Shown: positions 57,306-64,000 of the stretch, one piece after another | Numbering within the stretch: the first letter of the stretch is position 1 | How the letters are laid out: each line of letters starts with the position of its first letter | Origin: an uncultured Spirochaetota bacterium | GTDB taxonomy: Bacteria > Spirochaetota > Spirochaetia > SZUA-6 > CAVTHK01 | DNA: 64,000 bases | Direction: 5' to 3' | NCBI GenBank assembly: GCA_963734495.1 | Contig: CAVTHK010000009.1 | Span: 224,001 to 288,000, forward strand | Notes under the pieces: generated by a model | Seen by the model: the letters and a program-made list of their open reading frames with translations, nothing else | The model's database searches: none | Told to the model about the DNA's origin: nothing | Made by a program: the position numbers and the translations under genes

Positions 57306-58187
57306 TTGAAGACTCTCGTGATCGTCAACCCGAAGGCCGGACGCCGCTTCTTTCTCGGTCTCGTGCTCGCCCAGCTCACGGCGGCGCTGGCGCGCCGCGG
57401 CATCGAGCACGTCGTCGCCCGCACGCGGCACCCCGGCGACGCGATCTCGCTCGTGCGCCTCCACCGGCAGGGCGTCGACTTCGTCACGGTGGTCGGGGGG
57501 GACGGCACCATCAACGAGGTCGTGCGCGGGATGGGGGAGAAGCCCCTGCCGCTGGCCGTGATCCCGTTCGGCACGGCGAACGTGCTCGCGCTGGAGCTCG
57601 GCATCCCGACCAATCCGCTCGCCTCGATCGAGGTGGCGCTCGGCGGCGTCGAGCGCCTCATCGACGTCGGGACGATCAACGGGCGGCCCTTCGTGCTCAT
57701 GGTCTCGGCGGGCATAGACGCGTACGCCGTGCATCGTCTGGACGCCGGTCTCAAGCGCATCTCCGGCAAGCTCGCCTACATCGTCGCCGGGCTCGCGTCC
57801 GCGGTGCGCTTCCGGGCGCGGCGCATCCGCGTGAGCCTCCTCGGCAAGCGGATCAGCGACCGCGGCTACCTCGCGGTCGTGGCCAACTCGCGCTTTTACG
57901 GGGGACGTTTCCGCGTGACCCCCGGCGCCAGGATCGACGACGGCGAGCTGAGCGTGCTGCTGCTCAAGAAACGCTCGCTGCTCGACGTGTTCCGCCTTCT
58001 GTTCGCGGTGCTCACCGGCACCCTGCCGGCGATGCGGGACGTGGCCCTCTACCGCGACAAGGCGATCCGGCTCTCGTCGCCCCGCCGCATCTACATGCAG
58101 ACCGACGGCGACAAGATCAACGACCGCGAGGCCGACATCCGCGTGCGGCCGCGCTTTCTGCCCGTGCGCGTGCCCCGCGCCGGTTGA
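57306..58187 (+). CDS. Diacylglycerol/lipid kinase family (YegS/BmrU)
   Basis: VIVNPKAG, GGDGTINEV, PFGTANVLA, IDVG, YGG, DDGEL, QTDGD. Confidence 0.92.
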   Translation: MKTLVIVNPKAGRRFFLGLVLAQLTAALARRGIEHVVARTRHPGDAISLVRLHRQGVDFVTVVGGDGTINEVVRGMGEKPLPLAVIPFGTANVLALELGIPTNPLASIEVALGGVERLIDVGTINGRPFVLMVSAGIDAYAVHRLDAGLKRISGKLAYIVAGLASAVRFRARRIRVSLLGKRISDRGYLAVVANSRFYGGRFRVTPGARIDDGELSVLLLKKRSLLDVFRLLFAVLTGTLPAMRDVALYRDKAIRLSSPRRIYMQTDGDKINDREADIRVRPRFLPVRVPRAG

Positions 58188-58218
58188 GCCGCCGCGCGCA
58201 CCCGGGCGCCGGAGCCGT

Positions 58219-58809
58219 TCAGCCGCCGGACGCCCGCCGCGGCTTGGCGAGGATCTCGCGGATCTCGAGGTCCTCGAAGTTGCGGGAGTACGCGGGCTTG
58301 ATGACGATCGCCGTGTCCGCCCCGGCGCCCGTGCCCCCGATCGCGATCGCCTCCTCCTCCACTTCGAGCAGCCCGGCATCGGCAGCCATCAGCGCGACCT
58401 CGACGGCGACCTTCATCCCCTGACAGAACCGGTAGAGCGTCGTGCGGATCACGCGGTTGGGCGCCACAAAGCCGAGACCGTCGTTGACGTCGTCGCCGAG
58501 GGCGTGGATGCCGACGAGCGCCGGGATGCCCGCCTCTTCCAGGCGCGCCCTCTCCTCCGCGGTCATCGACCAGCCCACGCCGCGGTAGCTGGCGGAGATC
58601 GCGACGGCCACGATGCGCACGTCGAGGCCCGCGAACGCCGCGCGCGCCTGCAGCGCCGTGCCCCCGTGCGAAGAGGCGACCACGACCTGCCGGATGCGCA
58701 GCTCCTCGGCGCGCTGACGCGCGGCCCGCAGCGTCGCGGCCGTGTTCTCCTCTCCCCCACGGTCGAAAAGCAGTGTTCTGGTCTCCACGAAACTCTCCTT
58801 TTGCGTCAT
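58219..58809 (-). CDS. Stand-alone pyruvate kinase C-terminal-like alpha/beta protein
   Basis: F...GEENT..TL..A..RA, VVVASSHGGTA, TL..FCQGMKVAVEVALMAADAG, AIGGTGAGADTA, IREILAKP. Confidence 0.8.
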   Translation of the reverse strand: MTQKESFVETRTLLFDRGGEENTAATLRAARQRAEELRIRQVVVASSHGGTALQARAAFAGLDVRIVAVAISASYRGVGWSMTAEERARLEEAGIPALVGIHALGDDVNDGLGFVAPNRVIRTTLYRFCQGMKVAVEVALMAADAGLLEVEEEAIAIGGTGAGADTAIVIKPAYSRNFEDLEIREILAKPRRASGG

Positions 58810-58907
58810 AATGCCGCCGCGCGCCCGTTGCCCTGCGGCATCATACGGCCGCGCGCGCCGCGCGCGCAACCGCCCGCCCGTCGCCCCGCAAACAAAAAGG
58901 AGGCCCC

Positions 58908-60663
58908 ATGCAGGTCAACCGTATCGTCCCGGCGCGCGGGCTTCGTAGCGTCCGCGAGCTCATCGAATCCTTCGAGGGAGACAAGCTCGCCCTTCCCGCC
59001 CTGGCCATGAAGCTGCCCGACGGCTCCTACTGGCGCCTGTCCTACGGCGAGTTGCAGGAGCACGTCCGCGCGCTGGGCGAGGCCCTGCTCGCGCTCGGCG
59101 TCGGCAGGGGCGACCGCATCGGCCTGATCGCGGAGAACCGCAGCGAGTGGATCATCACGTACCTCGCGGTGACCGCGACCGGCGCCGTCATCGTTCCTTT
59201 CGACGTCCTGATCAAGCCCGAGGAGCTGGCGCCGATCGTGCGCTCGAGCGGCGCGCGCATCGTCTTTACGTCGGCCTCCTACCTCGATCGCCTCGCGGAG
59301 GTCCGCAGGCTCACGGCCTCGACGGCGAAGCCGGATGCCGTGGAGAAGGTCGTGCTCTTCGACGATCCCGGGGCGGGCACGCTCCCGTTCTCGATCGCGG
59401 CGTTCCGCGACGTGATCGCCCGCGGCCGCGAGCTGCTCGCGCAGCCGGCCCCCCGCTACCGTGCGATCCGCGTGCGCGCCCGAGGACCTCGCGGCCCTCA
59501 TCTACACCTCGGGGACGACGGGGGAGCCCAAGGGGGTCATGCTTTCGCACGAGAACATCATGACCAACGCCGACGGCGTGCAGATGACCACGAAGCTCGG
59601 GCCGGGCGATAACTGGATCGTGGTGCTCCCGCTCCACCACACCTACCCGACGCTGCTCGGGCTCCTGCTGCCGCTGCTGACCTACGGCATGATCACGCCG
59701 GTCGCTTCGCTCAAGAGCAACGTGCTCGTGCAGATCATGCGCGAGACGGGCGCCACCTGCATCCCCGCGGTCCCCGCCCTGGTCGAGCGCTTCTACAAGG
59801 GCATCTGGACCGCCGTGCGCGAGAAGCCGCTGCCCGTGCGCATCGTGTTCCGGGCGCTCTTCGGCCTGAGCGCGGCGCTGCGCGCCGCAGGCATCGATGC
59901 GGGGCGGCTGCTCTTCCGCAGCGTTGCCGATCAGCTCGGCGTGAGAAAGCTGCGCTTCTTTGTCTCGGGCGGCGGGCCCATCTCGCCGCAGATCATCGAC
60001 GGCATGCAGACGCTCGGGCTCACGACCTTCCAGGGCTACGGCCTCACCGAGGCGAGCCCCGTGGTCTCCACGACCTGCCCGGGCCGGGACAAGCCGGGCA
60101 CGGTCGGGCTCACTCTCTCGAACGTCGAGCTGCGGCTCGGCGATCCCGACGCGGACGGCAACGGCGAGATCCTGGTGCGCGGGCCGAACATCATGCAGGG
60201 GTACGAAGGCAGGCCGGACCTCACCGCCGAGGTGGTGGACGCGGATGGGTGGCTCCACACCGGCGACCTCGGCGCGATCGACCGTGACGGCTACCTCACG
60301 ATCACCGGCAGGATCAAGAACCTGATCGTCACGAGCGGCGGCAAGAACATCTACCCGGAAGAGATCGAGAATGCCCTCCTCGAGAGCCCCTACATTGCCG
60401 AGGCGGTCGTGATGGGCAGGGACGACCCCGAGCATGGAGAGCAGCCGTACGCGATCGTGCACCCGAACCTGGAGGCGCTCGCCGAGGCAGCCGGCGGCAG
60501 CGCGCCCTCGGGCGATGCGCTGCGCCGCGCGCTCGCGGGCGAAGTGCGGCGCACCACGCGCGGCCTGGCTGCCTACAAGGTGCCCGTCGGCTTCGACGTG
60601 AGCCTGGAGGAGCTGCCGAAGACGTCGTCGCGCAAGGTCAAGCGGTTTATGGTCAAGAGGTAG
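58908..60663 (+). CDS. Long-chain fatty acid-CoA ligase (apparent frameshift ~59470)
   Basis: YTSGTTGEPKGV, QGYGLTE, GWLHTGDLG, GRIKNLI..GGKNIYPEEIE, LPKT. Confidence 0.92.
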
Positions 60664-60773
60664 GACGCCGCAGTCCCCGCTCCCTCTCGCTCTCTGGCGC
60701 TTCGCGGGCCATCCGCGTACAATCCGGCCTCGGGCGGCGCGATGAAAAAAAAGGAGCCGCCGGGAGGCTGGGG

Positions 60774-62083
60774 TTGAATTACGCGCTCATCGGGACCGGG
60801 TCTCGCTCGTACATGTACACGGACGCGCTGCTCGGGGAGTTCAAGGACAGGCACAGCCTGGTCGCGCTCTGCGACGTGAACCAGGTCCGCATGGACGTGG
60901 CGAATCGCCGCTTCAAGGAGCGCCACGGGGCGGGTCCCCTGCGCACCTACAAGCCCGCGGACTTCGAGCGCATGATCCGCGAGAACAGGATCGACACCGT
61001 CATCGTGACGAGCATCGACCGCACGCACCACGAGTACATCGTCCGCGCCATGGAGGCGGGCTGCGACGTCATCAGCGAGAAGCCGATGACGATCGACGCG
61101 GACAAGTGCCGTTTCATCCTCGATGCGATCGAGCGCACGGGGAAGAAGCTCCGCGTCTGCTTCAACTACCGCTATGCGCCGCGCAACAGCCAGGTCAAGG
61201 AGCTGCTCATGCAGGGCGTGGTCGGGAAGATCACGAGCGTGCACTTCGAGTGGCTGCTCGACACCGTGCACGGCGCCGATTACTTCAGGCGCTGGCACCG
61301 GGACAAGCGCAACTCCGGCGGTCTCATGGTGCACAAGGCCACGCACCACTTCGACCTCGTCAACTGGTGGATCGACAGCGTCCCCTCGACGGTGTTCGGG
61401 ATCGGCGACCTCGTGTTCTACGGCCGCGCGAACGCCGAGTCGCGCGGCGTCACGAAGTTCTACGACCGCGCGACGGGCCATCCCAATGCCGTCGGGGACC
61501 CCTTCGCCCTCGATCTCTCCAAGGACACCAAGATGCGCGAGCTCTACCTCGAGGCCGAAAAGGAGGACGGCTACCGGCGCGACGAGAGCGTCTTCGGCCA
61601 CTACATCTCGATCGAGGACGACATGGCGCTGGTGGTGCGCTACAGGAGCGGCGCGGTCATGAGCTACCACCTGACCGCGTACTCGCCGTGGGAAGGCTAC
61701 CGCATCGCTTTCAACGGCACCAAGGGCAGGCTCGAGTACGAGGTCACGGAAAAGCCCTACGTCTCCGGCTCCGCCACGGACGCCAACCAGCCCGCGGTGC
61801 GCAAGGCGGCCGACTTCCAGATCGAAGAACCGGTGCGCATCATCCTGCGCCCGCACTGGCAGCCGCCGGTGCAGATCCCCTTCAACATGGGCAAGGAAGG
61901 CGGCCACGGCGGCGGCGACGCGCGCATGCTGCGCGACATCTTCGTCGGCGGCGAGCCCGACCCGCTGGGCCTTGCCGCGGACCACCGCGCCGGCGCCTGG
62001 TCGATCCTCACGGGCGATCGCCGCCAACAGGAGCTTCGCGAGCGGGCTGCCCGGTCCGCGTCGACGACCTGGTAAAGGTATAG
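60774..62083 (+). CDS. Gfo/Idh/MocA family NAD-dependent oxidoreductase (apparent frameshifts in last ~60 nt)
   Basis: YALIGTGSR, SEKPM, FNYRY, DYFRRWHR, GGLMVHKATHHFD, GHGGGD. Confidence 0.92.
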
Positions 62084-62097
62084 GAACCCTTCCTTGG

Positions 62098-62188
62098 AGG
62101 GGGAAAGCCTTCCCCCTGGGCGGAGCCCCTGCGGGTCTCCGCCCACCCCCTTCGCCTGGGGGCGCCTCACGGCGCCCCCAAACCCCCG
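62098..62188. repeat. Cluster of three GC-rich hairpins (REP-like structured intergenic element)
   Basis: AGGGGGAA/TTCCCCCT, GGGCGGAG/CTCCGCCC, TGGGGGCGCC/GGCGCCCCCA followed by AACCCCCG. Confidence 0.65.
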
Positions 62189-62259
62189 CCCGCGTGTTGT
62201 CGGTTCGCGATGTGATGGGGAGCCTTGTGCAGCGCGCCCGCAGCGAATACATTGACCAC

Positions 62260-62559
62260 ATGACTGCGCTCGAGGCCGTCAGGAAAGAGCTGCACGACCA
62301 CATGCCGGAGCTTCGCTCCCGATTCGGCGTGGTATCTCTAGGCGTATTCGGGTCCTATGCGCGAGCCGAACATGACGCAACGAGCGATATTGACATCCTT
62401 GCTGAGTTCGCGCCGGACGCGAGAGTCGGCTTCTTCGAGTTCCTCACGCTTCAGGAGCATCTTGCGAGCATTCTGGGCCGTCCGGTCGATCTGGTGACCC
62501 GGACTGCGCTCAAACCGTCCATGGGCGACCGCATACTCGACGAGCTCGTGCCAATATGA
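62260..62559 (+). CDS. Minimal nucleotidyltransferase (MNT/MntA-type antitoxin)
   Basis: FGV..LGVFGSYAR.E....SDIDIL.EF, L...LGRPVDLVT..ALKP; ~100 aa. Confidence 0.9.
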   Translation: MTALEAVRKELHDHMPELRSRFGVVSLGVFGSYARAEHDATSDIDILAEFAPDARVGFFEFLTLQEHLASILGRPVDLVTRTALKPSMGDRILDELVPI

Positions 62560-62642
62560 GGCGCGATCCCCGTGTTCGGCGGCCGGTCGTGAGTTTGTGG
62601 TGGCTCTCAGTTGTCTCGCATCGGTGGGACATTCGCCGCTGA
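62556..62642 (+). pseudogene. Probable remnant of HEPN/DUF86 toxin gene
   Basis: ATGA overlap with the MNT stop; begins MRRDPRVR like DUF86 N-termini, then diverges and stops after 28 codons. Confidence 0.45.
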
Positions 62643-62729
62643 GGGGCGCTGGCTTGGAGGTTTCACGACAGGGCCGCGGCCGGCCTGAGCAGTCTCGCCA
62701 ACACCAGCGCGATGAGCCACGCCTCCTGC

Positions 62730-63525
62730 CTAGCCCCCGCGATGTGCGATGTAACGGTCAGCCGACGACTCGACGGCGACTCTCGCCCCGTTCGGGATGA
62801 CGCGGTCCCACCAGCCGCCGTAGATGCAGTCCCAGGCATAGGGCCGGACCGCGGCGACGACGGCGCGCACCTCGGCCGCCGGAAGAGGCACGAGGTTCGG
62901 GTAGCTCCACATGAAGCTTACGTGCTTCCGGTCAGGCACGACCATGATCGTGTCGCCCGTGAACAGCGCGCCGCGGTCCCAGTGGAGGACGGAGCTTCCC
63001 GGAAAGTGGCCGCCGCAGCGGATCATGGTGACGCCGGGCAGGATCTGCCGCGTCTCGCCTTCCCAGAAGTCGATCACCGGGTCCGGCCGCATCACCCACT
63101 GGCGGTCCGCCGCCGGCAGATGGATCGGGACGCGACCGAACGCGTGGCTCCAGTCGACCATCGCGGCGTAGAAGTGCGGGTGCGAGATCGCGATGGCCGC
63201 GAGGCCGCCGAGCTCGCGCACGCGGCGCTCGATCTCATCGTCGAGGAGCGGGATGCAGTCCCAGAGCACGTTCCCCGCGGGCGTGCGCACCAGCAGCGCC
63301 CGCTGCCCGATGGCGAAGCCCGGCGCCTCCGCCGATGCCGTAGAGGTCCGGCTCCAGCTCCCGCACGTCGCCGCGGTGATTCTCCCGCAGCTCCTTCGGG
63401 GTCACCCAGCGCTGCCCGGCGGGAGGGACGTACTGCCGCTCGTCGTTGCAGATCGGGCAGGCATCCGGCGCCTTCTCCGAGGGGGCGAACTGCGCGCCGC
63501 ATGTGACGCAGATCCAGCATTCCAT
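62730..63525 (-). CDS. MBL-fold metallo-hydrolase with N-terminal Cys motif (apparent frameshift ~63330)
   Basis: ICVTCGAQF..CPICNDERQY, NVLWDC, AISHPHFY, GGHFPG, GD, SFMWSYPN. Confidence 0.85.
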
Positions 63526-63568
63526 GCTGCCCAAGCTACCGCCGCGCCGGGCGCGAGGCAATCGCCCT

Positions 63569-64000
63569 CTACATCAGCGGCTTGTAGCCCATCATCTTCG
63601 GTATCCAGAGGACCAGCTCGGGCACGTAGCGTGATGAGGAAGAGCACCCCGATGAAGAGCCAGATAAAAGGCAGCATCTCCCGGATCACGTCCTTGAGGT
63701 TCGCTCCCGTCGAGGCCGCAGACGACGAACAGCAGCATCCCGAACGGCGGCGTCGAAAGCCCGATCATCATGTTCAGCACGACCACGACGCCGAAGTGAA
63801 CGAGGTCGATCCCCATCTTGTTGATCACCGGAAGGATGATCGGGATGAACACGAGCGTGATGGTGCTCGTGTCCATCAGGCAGCCGAGGATGAGGAAGAC
63901 CACGTTCATGACCAGCAGCATGACGTACTTGTTGTCCGTGATCGACAGCAGGCTGTTCGCCACGACGTCCGGGATCTTCTCGATGGCGACGATGTAGGAG
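63569..64000 (-). CDS. dctM: TRAP transporter large permease DctM, 3' part (truncated by window; apparent frameshifts)
   Basis: LILGCLMD, PIILP..MGIDLVHFG, NMMIGL.TPPFG..LF, P.LVLWIP. Confidence 0.9.

Noticed and set aside
60742-60773. A8 tract as a phase-variation site or reverse terminator
   Set aside because: It lies upstream of a good GGAGG-TTG start, and the adjacent stem is only about 4 bp.

Overview
A very GC-rich, gene-dense bacterial chromosomal window with about 55 genes and one tRNA. The solute-binding proteins have Cys-less 'FA-S/E-G-x-x-E' N-termini (AFASGKQEA, AFAEGGKEA, LWASGGQES), which suggests a free-living Spirochaetota genome (inference). Housekeeping genes include radC, arfB, gltBD, rph, an RlmD/TrmA-like methyltransferase, malic enzyme, fprA and tRNA-Ile2(CAU). 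There are four sugar ABC cassettes, none with its own ATPase. A ~20 kb catabolic island (33.8-53.5 kb) is built around two paralogous uncharacterised TIM-barrel-like proteins and two FAD oxidoreductases. One operon encodes a membrane-anchored, probably exported isoaspartate methyltransferase next to a polytopic spermidine-synthase-like protein and MoxR/DUF58/DUF4129. A PTS EIIA domain is fused to a DacZ-type diadenylate cyclase. Near the right end is an orphan MNT antitoxin whose HEPN toxin partner appears deleted. About 20 genes carry apparent single-base frameshifts, most simply explained as long-read indel errors, so coordinates of those genes are reconstructed by eye. No CRISPR array, integrase, transposase, prophage or rRNA was seen. 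All family calls come from motif recognition; no database searches were run.
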